Positions 7,267 to 17,082 are shown, counted from the first letter of the stretch. The stretch: 33,131 nucleotides of DNA from Bacteroidota bacterium (GCA_037139685.1 JBAXFZ010000002.1:1-33131); one strand, 5' to 3'. A program made the numbers and translations. The notes: generated by a model from the letters alone, not told the origin.

Positions 7267-8766
7267 ATGAATCCTTTTAAGAAATTAGCCGGTCAGACTG
7301 CTGTTTACGGGGTTTCCAGCATACTGGGCCGGGTGCTCGGTTACCTGCTGGTTCCGCTTTATACAAGGGTATTGCCGCCGGGGGAGTACGGTACTGTCAG
7401 CGTGTTTTATGCCTATGCCGCATTCCTGATGGTCATGCTTACCTATGGCATGGAGACCGCCTTTTTCAAATTCAACGAGAGCGCGGAGGATAAAGAGAAG
7501 GTATTCAGCACGGGGATGATCTCCCTGATCTTTTCATCACTGGTTTTCCTGGTCATGGCCTCCCTGTTTTCAAAAACCATCGCCGGCTGGATCGATTACG
7601 GCAACCACCCGGAGTATGTGCTGTGGTTTGGATGGATCCTCGTCATGGATGCGCTTTCAAAGATCCCGTTTGCCAGGCTGCGGGCGCAAAACAAAGCTGC
7701 AAAGTTCGTCTGGATCAACATGACCGGGATCATGGTGAATTTCGGGTTGAACATCTATTTTATCCTCTTCTGTCCTTATGTCCTCAGGCATGAATCCTGG
7801 AGTTTCCTCCACGGTTTCATCCACCTGTTTTACAGGCCCGGCTGGAGTATCGAGTATATCTTTATCTCCAATGTCACTTCATGCGCGGTCACGCTGCTGC
7901 TGCTTATTCCGCAGTTTATCACAATGAAGTGGAATCTCGACAGGAAGCTTCTCAGGGCCATGCTGATCTATGCTTTGCCGCTGCTTTTCGCAGGGATGGC
8001 GGGCATTGTCAACGAAACCTTCGACCGGCTCCTGCTAAGGTACCTGCTCCCAAAGGATGTTTCGTCGTACCAGGTCGGGATCTACAGCGCCTGTTACAAG
8101 ATATCGATACTGATGACAATCTTCATCCAGGCATACCGGTATGCCGCCGAACCCTTCTTTTTTGCCCAGGCCAAGGAGAAGAATGCCAAAGTTGTCTATG
8201 CCCGGATCATGGATTATTTCATCATCACGGTTTCCTTTATTTTCCTGGTGACCATGGTATATCTCGATGATTTTGTCATGAAATACCTGATCGGGAAACT
8301 TTACTGGGAGGGCAAAGTGGTGATCCCGATCCTGATGCTGGCCAACCTCTTCCTGGGGGTTTATTACAACCTGTCGATCTGGTATAAACTCACCTCGAAA
8401 ACCATGTGGGGAGCCTGGCTGTCGCTGGCCGGGGCGGTGGTAACACTGGTGCTTAACTTCTGGTGGATCCCCCTGGGGGCCGACCACCTGGTACACGGGT
8501 ACCTGGGCTCGGCCTGGGCTACCTTCATCTGTTACGGGATGATGATGGTGCTGTCGTACCTGATCGGGCAACATTATTTCCCTGTGAAATACAACCTCAC
8601 CAAATTCTTCGGATACCTGGGTTTTTCCATCCTGCTATACGTGATCAGCGTTTATGCCGTTATTGATGGAAGGATCATGCGTTTGGTTTTCCACTCCCTG
8701 CTGCTGGTCGTGTTTGCCGCCGGGGTTTATCTTGTTGAAAAGCCACGGCTTTCAGCCTCCCGGTAA
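7267..8766 (+). CDS. Oligosaccharide/polysaccharide flippase family protein (MOP superfamily, Wzx-like)
   Basis: A 499-aa polytopic membrane protein of roughly 12-14 hydrophobic segments, with the typical N-terminus ([30 protein letters not shown]). Its position upstream of dut is common in Bacteroidota. Confidence 0.8.
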   Translation: MNPFKKLAGQTAVYGVSSILGRVLGYLLVPLYTRVLPPGEYGTVSVFYAYAAFLMVMLTYGMETAFFKFNESAEDKEKVFSTGMISLIFSSLVFLVMASLFSKTIAGWIDYGNHPEYVLWFGWILVMDALSKIPFARLRAQNKAAKFVWINMTGIMVNFGLNIYFILFCPYVLRHESWSFLHGFIHLFYRPGWSIEYIFISNVTSCAVTLLLLIPQFITMKWNLDRKLLRAMLIYALPLLFAGMAGIVNETFDRLLLRYLLPKDVSSYQVGIYSACYKISILMTIFIQAYRYAAEPFFFAQAKEKNAKVVYARIMDYFIITVSFIFLVTMVYLDDFVMKYLIGKLYWEGKVVIPILMLANLFLGVYYNLSIWYKLTSKTMWGAWLSLAGAVVTLVLNFWWIPLGADHLVHGYLGSAWATFICYGMMMVLSYLIGQHYFPVKYNLTKFFGYLGFSILLYVISVYAVIDGRIMRLVFHSLLLVVFAAGVYLVEKPRLSASR

Positions 8767-8779
8767 CCAGGATTTTTAT

Positions 8780-8787
8780 TACCTTTG
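8780..8787 (+). promoter_or_regulatory. Candidate -7 box TACCTTTG for dut
   Basis: TAnnTTTG match 17 nt upstream of the ATG at 8805. Confidence 0.4.
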
Positions 8788-8804
8788 CAGCCATACTTAT
8801 CGAC

Positions 8805-9239
8805 ATGAAGATCAGGATTGTCAACCACTCCAAACATCCGTTGCCTGCCTACGAAACGCATGCTGCTGCAGGCATGGATCTGCGTGCCAGCCTGGAGGCG
8901 CCCGTCGTGCTGAAGCCGCTGGAGCGCATGCTTGTACCAACCGGGCTGTTTATCGAAATCCCGGCCGGGTATGAAGCCCAGATCAGGCCACGCAGCGGAC
9001 TCGCCCTTAAAAGAGGGATCACGCTGCTCAACACTCCCGGCACCATTGATGCGGATTACAGGGGCGAGATTAAAATCATACTGGTCAATTTGTCGAATGA
9101 CGAGGTGGAGATCGCCGATGGCGAGAGAATCGCGCAGATGATAATTGCCGCACATGAGCAGGCCGACTGGGTCGAGGTTGAGGAGCTTCAGGCTACCGAA
9201 CGGGGCACCGGCGGGTTTGGACATACGGGAACCAAATAA
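8805..9239 (+). CDS. dut: dUTP diphosphatase
   Basis: Conserved dUTPase motifs ([34 protein letters not shown]) in a 144-aa protein. Confidence 0.95.
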   Translation: MKIRIVNHSKHPLPAYETHAAAGMDLRASLEAPVVLKPLERMLVPTGLFIEIPAGYEAQIRPRSGLALKRGITLLNTPGTIDADYRGEIKIILVNLSNDEVEIADGERIAQMIIAAHEQADWVEVEELQATERGTGGFGHTGTK

Positions 9240-9242
9240 CAA

Positions 9243-9270
9243 AAAAATTACGAATTAAAAATTACGAATG
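9243..9270 (+). repeat. Direct 14-bp duplication AAAAATTACGAAT(T/G); the second copy contains the start codon of the TPR gene
   Basis: 9243-9256 (AAAAATTACGAATT) and 9257-9270 (AAAAATTACGAATG) match at 13 of 14 positions. The ATG at 9268 is the end of copy 2. Confidence 0.8.
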
Positions 9271-11037
9271 AAAATTCCCATCTTTATCATATTGTTTTTA
9301 TTCCTGGCTGGTTTTGAGGTAAATGCCGGAGAGCACAGGACGGCAGCACTTGCCACCACCAGCATGCCCGATCGTCAGAAAACGGATAAGAAAAAATCGA
9401 AAAAGGAACAACCCGGGCTGACAAATCCTGGCAACCCTGGCATGCTGATCGACGCAAAAAAGGAGGCCATCATCGGGAACCTGCAGGGGGCCCAGGATAT
9501 GTTCCGCCGTTACATCAGCCGGTACCCGGAAGATCCGGTCGGCTACTTTGAACTGGCCCGCATCGAATCGATGCAGAAAAACCCCGCTGAGGCTATCAGG
9601 CTGGGCCGGGAAGCAACGCGGCTCGATCCCGATAACCTCTGGTATTCCTTATTCCTTGCTGAACTTTACCAGGGAACCTCCCGCCTTGCCGATGCCATCG
9701 ATATCTATGAGAAAATTGTGAAAAAAGATTCCGAGAATCTCGATTATCTCTACCAACTGGCTGCCCTGTACCTCCAGGTTGAAAAATACGGGGATGCCAT
9801 CAGGATATATAACCGGATTGAGGAAAAAGCGGGGGTTTCGGAAGAGATCTCAATTCAGAAACAGAAGATTTACCTGCACCAGAATGACCTGAAGGGTGCC
9901 GAAAGTGAAGTTCAGAAGCTGATTCTTGCATTTCCCGCCGAAAGCAGGTACCAGTCGATCCTTGCCGAATTCTACCTTTCCAACAACATGCCGGCAAAGG
10001 CGCTTGAAACCTACAAGACAATTGCCGCGAAAGATCCTGAAAACGCCTATATCCATATGTCGCTTGCCGATTATTACCGTAAAGCGGGCGATAAGGAAAA
10101 GGCCTATGAAGAGCTCCGGCTGGGTTTTGCAAATCCAAACCTCGATGTGGACACAAAGGTAAATATACTGTTGTCGTTCTATAACGTAAACCAGATTTTT
10201 AACGATCTGAAAGTGCAGGCATTTACCCTGTCAAAAATCCTGATACAAACGCACCCGAAAGATCCGAAGGTCTATTCGATTTACGGGGATTTGCTTACAC
10301 AGGATAAGCGGTACCCTGAGGCCCGGGAAACCTTCCTGAAGGTGCTCACCCTCGACAGCAGCAGGTATGCCGTTTGGGAACAGGTTCTCCGGCTTGACCT
10401 GCAGCAGGAGGAATACAGCCACCTGTTCGCTTATGGTAACGGGCCAATGGAGTTGTTTCCCGAACAGCCCCTCCCTTTTCTTTTTACAGGATTGGCCTGC
10501 CTCCAGCTAAAAAAGCAGGAGGATGCCCTGAAGGTGCTGGCCACGGGAGCCAAGCTTGTTGTTGATGACAATGACCTGCTGGCACAGTTTTACATGTACC
10601 AGGGCGATGCAAACCATGCCCTGAAGAACGAGAAGGAGGCCTTCGGTGCATATGAAAAATCGATCCAGCTGAAGGCCGACAATGGATATGTTCTTAACAA
10701 CTATGCCTACTATCTTTCACTTCGGGGAACCAATCTTGACAAAGCCGAGAAGATGGCCAAAAAAGCGGTAACCCTCGAACCGGAGAATGCATCTTTCCAG
10801 GACACCTATGGCTGGGTCCTTTTCCAGCTTGGAAAGTACGGCGAGGCCGGGGAATGGATATTAAAAGCCATACAAAACAAGGAAGAGCCGAGTGCCGAGG
10901 TGCTCGAACATTACGGCGACGTACAGTACAAACTTGGCAACGAAACCCGGGCGCTCGATTACTGGAATAAGGCGAAGCAAAAGGGGCCCGGCTCCGAGCT
11001 CCTCGATAAAAAAATCACGGATAAGAAACTTCATTAA
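9268..11037 (+). CDS. Tetratricopeptide-repeat protein with a signal peptide
   Basis: An N-terminal signal peptide is followed by many 34-aa TPR-like units (recurrent A..Y/F....P patterns, e.g. AIRIYNRIEEK, ALETYKTIAAKDPEN, AFGAYEKSIQLKADN). Confidence 0.88.
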   Translation: MKIPIFIILFLFLAGFEVNAGEHRTAALATTSMPDRQKTDKKKSKKEQPGLTNPGNPGMLIDAKKEAIIGNLQGAQDMFRRYISRYPEDPVGYFELARIESMQKNPAEAIRLGREATRLDPDNLWYSLFLAELYQGTSRLADAIDIYEKIVKKDSENLDYLYQLAALYLQVEKYGDAIRIYNRIEEKAGVSEEISIQKQKIYLHQNDLKGAESEVQKLILAFPAESRYQSILAEFYLSNNMPAKALETYKTIAAKDPENAYIHMSLADYYRKAGDKEKAYEELRLGFANPNLDVDTKVNILLSFYNVNQIFNDLKVQAFTLSKILIQTHPKDPKVYSIYGDLLTQDKRYPEARETFLKVLTLDSSRYAVWEQVLRLDLQQEEYSHLFAYGNGPMELFPEQPLPFLFTGLACLQLKKQEDALKVLATGAKLVVDDNDLLAQFYMYQGDANHALKNEKEAFGAYEKSIQLKADNGYVLNNYAYYLSLRGTNLDKAEKMAKKAVTLEPENASFQDTYGWVLFQLGKYGEAGEWILKAIQNKEEPSAEVLEHYGDVQYKLGNETRALDYWNKAKQKGPGSELLDKKITDKKLH

Positions 11038-11043
11038 TATTGC

Positions 11044-11874
11044 ATGATCAGATATCTCAATTCTTCCCGCCCGTTCTTCCTCTTATTAATGGTTTCTCTT
11101 GTTGTTTTTAATTCCTGCAGCCCTGCAAGGAAGGCAATGAAGGCACCCATCAAAGAAGAGGGCGCCGATTTCCTGTTTGGCAAACTGAAAGAAAAGGAGC
11201 TTAAATTCGACTGGTTCTCGGCCAAGTTTTCGGCCGAATACACCAATAAAGGAAAGAAAAATTCCTTCAGCGGACAGATCCGCATCCGTAAAGACAGCCT
11301 GATCTGGATTTCGCTCACTCCCATGCTCGGCATCGAGGCCATCAGGCTGATGATTTCGCAGGATTCGGTAAAAATGATAAACCGGCTTAACGACACCTAT
11401 TTCATCGGTGACTATGAATATGTAAACCGTTTTCTCAATACAAACATTGATTACGACCTGCTGCAGGCGGTCCTTTTAGGGAATGACCTCCAGTTTTATG
11501 AAGGCGGAAAATTCAGGGCTTCCATCGACCGCGGGGAATACAAGCTTGCAACGGGCGAACGGCTTAAACTCCGCAAATTCGTCCGGAACAGCCAGGAGAA
11601 ACTGAAGATTTTCATACAGAACATATGGCTTGATCCTGAAACCTATAAAATCACCCATATCGATGTAAAAGAGATCAAGCGGGACAATATTAAGCTCGAG
11701 TCGTCGTACGGCAACTTTGAACTTGTCAGTCAGCAAATGTTTCCGAAGAAGATGACCTACATTATCTGGGCTGAGAACACCATCAGGGTAAAGGCCGATT
11801 TTTCGAGGATGGTGATCAATGTTCCCTTACTGTTTCCGTTTAAAATACCCGCCAGCTACGAGCTGGTCAAGTAG
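11044..11874 (+). CDS. Lipoprotein, probably of the DUF4292 (LolB-like fold) family
   Basis: Signal peptide with a lipobox-like VVFNSC. The position between the TPR and M23 genes matches the conserved Bacteroidota arrangement. The family name is recalled from synteny and was not verified. Confidence 0.65.
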   Translation: MIRYLNSSRPFFLLLMVSLVVFNSCSPARKAMKAPIKEEGADFLFGKLKEKELKFDWFSAKFSAEYTNKGKKNSFSGQIRIRKDSLIWISLTPMLGIEAIRLMISQDSVKMINRLNDTYFIGDYEYVNRFLNTNIDYDLLQAVLLGNDLQFYEGGKFRASIDRGEYKLATGERLKLRKFVRNSQEKLKIFIQNIWLDPETYKITHIDVKEIKRDNIKLESSYGNFELVSQQMFPKKMTYIIWAENTIRVKADFSRMVINVPLLFPFKIPASYELVK

Positions 11875-11888
11875 CAATTTCAATTCAA

Positions 11889-13178
11889 ATGAACAGGCAC
11901 GCTCATACCGGCAGAATTCTCTATTCCAACATTTTGCTGATGGTGTTGCTGTCACTTTTCCTGACTTCAGCCCCCGCCCAGACGGCAAAGGAAAAAGAGA
12001 GACTTCAGCAGACCAAAAAGCAGCTGGAGCAGGAGATACGTTATACGACGGAATTGCTTGAGAAAACGAAGAAAAACAAACAATCATCGCTTAATAAGAT
12101 CGAGATCCTGGCAAAACAGATCCGCAGCCGCCAGGCGCTGATCAACAATATTAACCTCCAGCTTGATAATGTACAGGTGCAGATTTCGGTGGAAAATATC
12201 CAGATCGAACGGATGACAAAGCAGCTTTCGGATCTGAAAACCGAATATGCCAGGATGATATACTACGCCTATCGCACCATGAATGGCCACAACAAGCTGA
12301 TGTTCATCTTTTCGGCAAGGGATTTCAACCAGGCCTATCAGCGTCTAAAATATTACCAGCAGTACAGTTCCTACCGCAGGACACAGGTAGCCAGGATAGA
12401 ATCGACCAAACATGCCATCGACAACCACCGCAGGGAGCTCGAAGCGGAGAAAACACAAAAGCTAACCCTTGTCCAGTCGCAGCAGTTGGAAAAGCAGAAG
12501 CTTGACCATGAGAAAACAGAGAAAACAGCTGCCGTCCAGGAATTTTCGTCCAAAGAGAAGCAATTGGTTTCGACACTGAAAAAAAAGCAACAGGCGGCGC
12601 AGAAACTTGAAAGCGAAATCGAGAAGATGATTGCCGATGATATCAAGGCCTCCGAGGAGCGTTCCAGGAAAAGGGCGGCCAGGACAAGCAAGCCGGCCAT
12701 TGCATCAAAGACCCCGGCAACCGGTGCTGAGATGGAATTTACGCCGGTTGAGAAGGAGCTCTCATCCTCTTTTTCGGCCAACCGGGGCCGTTTGCCGTGG
12801 CCCTGCGACCGGGGAGTTGTTTCAGGCAGCTTTGGCGAACACTTTCACCCGGTACTGGAGCACTACAAGGTTCAAAACAATGGCATCGACATCATGACCG
12901 GCCAGGAATCGGTTGTGAAGGCGGTATTTAAAGGACGTGTAAGCCGTATCGTATCGTTTCCGCTCCTTAACAATGTCGTGATCATCCGCCATGGTGATTA
13001 CCTCACGGTCTATTCCAATCTCGGGGAGGTTCATGTTCGCGAAGGACAGGAGGTTGCGGCCAGGCAGGATATCGGGAAGGTGCACAGCAACCCCGATGAA
13101 CAGAAATCAGAGCTGCATTTTGAGCTCTGGCGGGGTAAGGTGATCCAGAACCCGGAAGATTGGCTGGCAAAAAAATAA
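11889..13178 (+). CDS. EnvC-like murein hydrolase activator (coiled coil plus degenerate M23/LytM domain)
   Basis: A signal peptide is followed by a long coiled-coil-like Q/E/K-rich region and a C-terminal LytM domain. The expected HxxxD reads NNGID and the expected HxH reads ELH, so two metal-ligand positions appear substituted. Confidence 0.82.
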   Translation: MNRHAHTGRILYSNILLMVLLSLFLTSAPAQTAKEKERLQQTKKQLEQEIRYTTELLEKTKKNKQSSLNKIEILAKQIRSRQALINNINLQLDNVQVQISVENIQIERMTKQLSDLKTEYARMIYYAYRTMNGHNKLMFIFSARDFNQAYQRLKYYQQYSSYRRTQVARIESTKHAIDNHRRELEAEKTQKLTLVQSQQLEKQKLDHEKTEKTAAVQEFSSKEKQLVSTLKKKQQAAQKLESEIEKMIADDIKASEERSRKRAARTSKPAIASKTPATGAEMEFTPVEKELSSSFSANRGRLPWPCDRGVVSGSFGEHFHPVLEHYKVQNNGIDIMTGQESVVKAVFKGRVSRIVSFPLLNNVVIIRHGDYLTVYSNLGEVHVREGQEVAARQDIGKVHSNPDEQKSELHFELWRGKVIQNPEDWLAKK

Positions 13179-13191
13179 AAAGGAGGAACAA

Positions 13192-14106
13192 ATGTTGATG
13201 CATCATACGGGTGAATTTGCCGCATTGCTTACCGCGGTTTTCTGGACGATTACCGCTCTGGCATTTGAAGCCGCCAGCCGGAAAATCGGCTCGATGGTTG
13301 TGAACCTGTTAAGGCTGGCCATCGGCTTTTGTTTCCTTACCCTGTTTGTTTACTTCTACCGCGGATACCTCCTGCCCTTTGATGCAACCCCGCGTACCTG
13401 GTTCTACCTCAGCCTGTCGGGGCTGATCGGTTTTGTATTCGGGGATCTATGCCTCTTCCAGGCATTTGTGGTGATCGGGGCCCGCATATCCATGCTGCTG
13501 ATGGCCCTGGCGCCCCCCATGACCGCGTTGATCGGCTGGATTGTCCTGGGGGAGACCCTCTCATGGAAAAGCTGGATCGGGATGATCCTGACGATAACGG
13601 GCATAGCCCTGGTGGTTTTAAAACGGCATACGAAGGCCGAAAGCAATGGCGGGTTCAGGAAGGTGAAGTTCAACTATCCCGTCTGGGGAATCCTTCTCGG
13701 GCTGGGCGGTGCAATTGGCCAGGCCGCAGGCCTGGTGCTGAGCAAGGTAGGCATGCAGGGGTATGATACCTTTGCCTCCACCCAGATCCGGATCATCGCG
13801 GGTGTAGTGGGCTTTGCAGTGCTGTTCTCCATTATGGGATTCTGGAAACATGCCTACCGCGCGCTGAACAAGCGAAAACCCATGCTGCAGCTTTCACTCG
13901 GCGCCTTTTTTGGTCCCTTCCTCGGGGTCTCATTCTCTCTAATTGCAATCAGGTACTCCGACACCGGGATCGCCTCAACCATCATGTCGATCGTCCCGGT
14001 ACTGATCATTCCCCCCTCCATGATCCTTTACGGGGAAAAAGTCACCATCAAAGAGGCCGCGGGAGCACTGCTGGCCGTTTCGGGCGTGGCCATGTTCTTC
14101 CTTTAA
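13192..14106 (+). CDS. EamA/DMT-family transporter
   Basis: About 10 hydrophobic segments arranged as two EamA-like halves, 304 aa. It is preceded by AGGAGG (13181-13186), 5 nt from the ATG. Confidence 0.82.
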   Translation: MLMHHTGEFAALLTAVFWTITALAFEAASRKIGSMVVNLLRLAIGFCFLTLFVYFYRGYLLPFDATPRTWFYLSLSGLIGFVFGDLCLFQAFVVIGARISMLLMALAPPMTALIGWIVLGETLSWKSWIGMILTITGIALVVLKRHTKAESNGGFRKVKFNYPVWGILLGLGGAIGQAAGLVLSKVGMQGYDTFASTQIRIIAGVVGFAVLFSIMGFWKHAYRALNKRKPMLQLSLGAFFGPFLGVSFSLIAIRYSDTGIASTIMSIVPVLIIPPSMILYGEKVTIKEAAGALLAVSGVAMFFL

Positions 14107-14125
14107 CCATATATGATCCGATACA

Positions 14126-14157
14126 TTACAGGTTCTGCGGGGATAAAAAACCTGTAA
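14126..14157 (+). terminator. Hairpin after the EamA gene (weak terminator candidate)
   Basis: TTACAGGTT (14126-14134) pairs with AACCTGTAA (14149-14157) across a 14-nt loop, followed only by CTTTG. The 3' arm overlaps the next -7 box. Confidence 0.35.
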
Positions 14158-14162
14158 CTTTG
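14155..14162 (+). promoter_or_regulatory. Candidate -7 box TAACTTTG for the 14182 gene
   Basis: TAnnTTTG match 19 nt upstream of the ATG at 14182. Confidence 0.4.
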
Positions 14163-14181
14163 CAAAATAAATCCGGCAACT

Positions 14182-14721
14182 ATGTTTATTCATCGTCCAG
14201 AGGCCTCGGAAATCAAGAAACCTGAAGATCCTGGGATTCGGTTTTATGTGGGGTTGGCCATCTTCATAATCTCATTTTTTATGCTGCCTACCGGGCTGAT
14301 CCTCAAGGGATTTGTCCAGGGGCATTTCTGGAAGGGGTTTGTGCTTGGAATTTTCTGGATCAGCGCTCCCCTGATGAAAATCGGGAGCGTGGCCATCCTT
14401 GGGAAATCGTCCTATGCCTGGATCAACTATAAGATGCACTATTTTTACCATAAGGTGGCCAAACCCCACCACATTACCCCCCTCAGGTACAACATCGGGC
14501 TTGTGCTGTTTGTGCTGCCCTTCCTGCCAAACTACATGATCTCCTTTATGCCCCACCTAATCCCGATTACCCTGCAGGCACGCTATATCATCATCATCGC
14601 ATCGGATGTGGTGTTCCTGTCAAGCCTTTTTGTGCTGGGGGGTGATTTCTGGGATAAACTGAGAGCCCTGTTTATTTACAAGGCCAAGGCCCGGTTTGAA
14701 GAGGAGACGGAAAAGGAATAA
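14182..14721 (+). CDS. Hypothetical integral membrane protein (179 aa)
   Basis: ATG start, 4-5 hydrophobic segments and its own -7 box. No family recognised. Confidence 0.65.
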   Translation: MFIHRPEASEIKKPEDPGIRFYVGLAIFIISFFMLPTGLILKGFVQGHFWKGFVLGIFWISAPLMKIGSVAILGKSSYAWINYKMHYFYHKVAKPHHITPLRYNIGLVLFVLPFLPNYMISFMPHLIPITLQARYIIIIASDVVFLSSLFVLGGDFWDKLRALFIYKAKARFEEETEKE

Positions 14722-14776
14722 ATGTTCTTTTTGCCCCCGGGCTGTGCCAGGAATCTCAATTCATCCCTGAACATGA

Positions 14777-14846
14777 AATCCTCCCGGAATTCATGCTGTA
14801 CGAGGCCCGCCTGGTGCGGGTCTGCTTCATGAATTCCGGGAGGATT
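14777..14846. repeat. Long inverted repeat or rod-like hairpin (19-bp perfect stem plus an inner 8-bp stem)
   Basis: AATCCTCCCGGAATTCATG (14777-14795) is the exact reverse complement of CATGAATTCCGGGAGGATT (14828-14846). The 32-nt spacer folds again: AGGCCCGC/GCGGGTCT (one G-U pair) around the loop CTGGT. It lies between convergent genes. Confidence 0.85.
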
Positions 14847-14859
14847 CCCATCCTTTTAC

Positions 14860-14907
14860 AAAAAATGCATGGCGCCGGCTTACCTGCCTTTGGCAGTCTT
14901 AACCGGC
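14860..14907 (-). terminator. Terminator candidate after the TonB-dependent receptor gene
   Basis: Imperfect hairpin GCCGGCTTACCTGCC (14874-14888) / GGCAGTCTTAACCGGC (14892-14907). On the minus-strand transcript it is followed after 8 nt by a U6 run (the complement of A-run 14860-14865). Confidence 0.4.
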
Positions 14908-14919
14908 AATGCCTCCTTG

Positions 14920-17082
14920 TTACAGCCTGAGCCGCAGGTTCACAAAGAATTCCCTCCCGGGAGCGGCCTGGAAACTGTTATAATCGGGACCATTGTTGGG
15001 TTCGGTGAATCCAAAGTATTGTTCGTCCAGCATGTTTTTGCAGAAGAAACCAAGATCCCCCTTCAGGTTCCCCAGTTTCCATGAATAGTTGATGCTCGCA
15101 TTGAACACTTTGAATCCCTTTACCCATGAATTGCGCTTAATCCCGTTTTCGGTGAACTGTTTATAGATGGAATCATCTACCTGGATATACCACTTCGACT
15201 GAATCTGGGCGTTCAGGGTTACTGTGAAGTGTTTAAGAAATTTGTAGGAGGCTTCGGCTGTCACCATATGCTGGGGGCACTGCGGGATCCAGTGGCCGCT
15301 TACGCTGTCGGGCGAGGTATACTGGAAATGCGAATAGGTGTAGGCCACATCGAATTTTAAGTTGTCGATTGGGGAAAAGGAGACGAAGGCTTCGACGCCC
15401 CAGCGGTTGCTTTGTCCCATATTGCCGCAAAAGGCAGTATTATTGCCCCTCCCAACAACACTATACCTGTAGAATTCATCTTTCGACATGATGTCAAAAC
15501 CGGTAATGTCATAATATAACATCTTCCCGATTTCTCCCCGTACGCCAAATTCTCCGCCAATCGAAGAGGAGGGCTTGATGAGGGAGTTGAAACCGCCGTA
15601 TTTCACAGGGTTGTTATACAGTTCATCCTCGGTGGGGACTAAAAACCCGGTTCCGAAACTTGCATATAGGTTGGCAGCCTTTGCAATGTCATAAGCCAGC
15701 CCAACGCGGAATGTAGGCTTCTGGAAGGTTTTGCTGCCTGCCGACGACAGGGAATCGGCCATCGGGAGATTGTTTTCAAGTTTGTTGTAAACGTAATCAT
15801 ACCTGAAATTCAGCGTTGCATACAATTTATTGATAATGTCCATCTTGTCAATCAGGTAGATGCCGGTACTGCGCTGGCGGATGACCTGGTTCACCAGGAG
15901 GTTGTTGAGATCGAAGCACTCCTCGCTAAAGTAGCTGTCGACGCGGTCGTTCCTGATATGATCGCCGTCGGGAACGGCAAACATATGCTCGTTAAGGGTC
16001 ATTGTCTGGTACTCTGCACCCAGGCTGAAATGGTTGATGAATTTCCTGATGCCGAGGTGAAGGTTGTATTGGGCTGAAATACCCGGGTTGACATAGGGTT
16101 TGTAATCATCGCCGTTATTGGAGGTCTCCCGGTAGTTGTTCAGGCGGATAAAGCCCTTTAAAAGCAGATCCTGGTATTTCGAAATTTCATATTTAATTGT
16201 AGTGGCACCGGTAAGCCGCTGGGTTTTATGGAACTCATTGTAGCGGATCGCATCGGTATTGGCTGCCGTATGGCCTACCGTATCGTACCGGCCCAGGTTT
16301 ATCCCCTCTGAATTCTGGTTAAAATAGCTTGTATAAGCCAGCATCTCGGTGATCTTTAACCTGGGGGAGGGAGTCCAGGTGAGTTTTTCGCTGAAATTGT
16401 CCCCCATGTAGGCCTGGTGTATGCGGTATCCCTGCCCCTGCATGTGGGAATAGGATATCCGGTAGTTCACATTCTTTTGTGTACCGTCAACCTGACCGAG
16501 GATTTTCCAGAAGCCATGCGAGCCGGCAGAGGTGTAAAGTGAGCTGTTAAAGGGCTTTTCGCCGCCATCTTTTGTGGTTATGTTGATAATCCCGCCTGTT
16601 GCACTTGCGCCGTAAAGAGAAGCGGCAAGTCCCTTTACAACTTCGACATTTTTAACGGTTTCCCAGTCAACATCATACAGGTCGGGGGCAAACCCGCCTG
16701 GATTGTTGATCGAGATGCCGTCAACAAAAACGCCAACCCCCCTGAACCCGCTTTCCGTCAGCACGCCCGTTCCGCGGATGTACACATGAACGCGAGATCC
16801 GCCGGTACCGTTGTCGATCCTGACACCGGGCACAAGCCGCAGGGCATCATCCGCTGCGATGGTTTTGGTGAGGGAGGTCAGTTGCCGCGGGGTAACGACC
16901 GAAATTGCAGCAGGGATTTCCCTGAGGGGAATATTGATTCTTAAGGCGTTGATGACAATCTCATTAAGTTTAATTATGGTGGTTGTGTCTCTCGGCGCTT
17001 TCGGTGATGCCTGGTTTTCCTGGGCCATTGCAGAGCAGAAGGTGAAAAGAAAAAGAAATGAAAGGATATATATTGATTTCAT
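14920..17082 (-). CDS. TonB-dependent receptor (plug plus beta-barrel, non-SusC type)
   Basis: Signal peptide, an N-terminal plug-like region (EIPAAISVVTPRQL...GVRIDNGTGG...), barrel-type alternating sequence over about 550 aa, and the terminal strand FFVNLRLRL. There is no carboxypeptidase-regulatory N-domain and no adjacent SusD-like gene. Confidence 0.9.
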   Translation of the reverse strand: MKSIYILSFLFLFTFCSAMAQENQASPKAPRDTTTIIKLNEIVINALRINIPLREIPAAISVVTPRQLTSLTKTIAADDALRLVPGVRIDNGTGGSRVHVYIRGTGVLTESGFRGVGVFVDGISINNPGGFAPDLYDVDWETVKNVEVVKGLAASLYGASATGGIINITTKDGGEKPFNSSLYTSAGSHGFWKILGQVDGTQKNVNYRISYSHMQGQGYRIHQAYMGDNFSEKLTWTPSPRLKITEMLAYTSYFNQNSEGINLGRYDTVGHTAANTDAIRYNEFHKTQRLTGATTIKYEISKYQDLLLKGFIRLNNYRETSNNGDDYKPYVNPGISAQYNLHLGIRKFINHFSLGAEYQTMTLNEHMFAVPDGDHIRNDRVDSYFSEECFDLNNLLVNQVIRQRSTGIYLIDKMDIINKLYATLNFRYDYVYNKLENNLPMADSLSSAGSKTFQKPTFRVGLAYDIAKAANLYASFGTGFLVPTEDELYNNPVKYGGFNSLIKPSSSIGGEFGVRGEIGKMLYYDITGFDIMSKDEFYRYSVVGRGNNTAFCGNMGQSNRWGVEAFVSFSPIDNLKFDVAYTYSHFQYTSPDSVSGHWIPQCPQHMVTAEASYKFLKHFTVTLNAQIQSKWYIQVDDSIYKQFTENGIKRNSWVKGFKVFNASINYSWKLGNLKGDLGFFCKNMLDEQYFGFTEPNNGPDYNSFQAAPGREFFVNLRLRL

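Noticed and set aside
14773-14832. Small ORF (MKSSRNSCCTRPAWCGSAS) inside the long hairpin
   Set aside because: It is 19 codons with no promoter or initiation context, and the sequence is fully explained by the inverted repeat.
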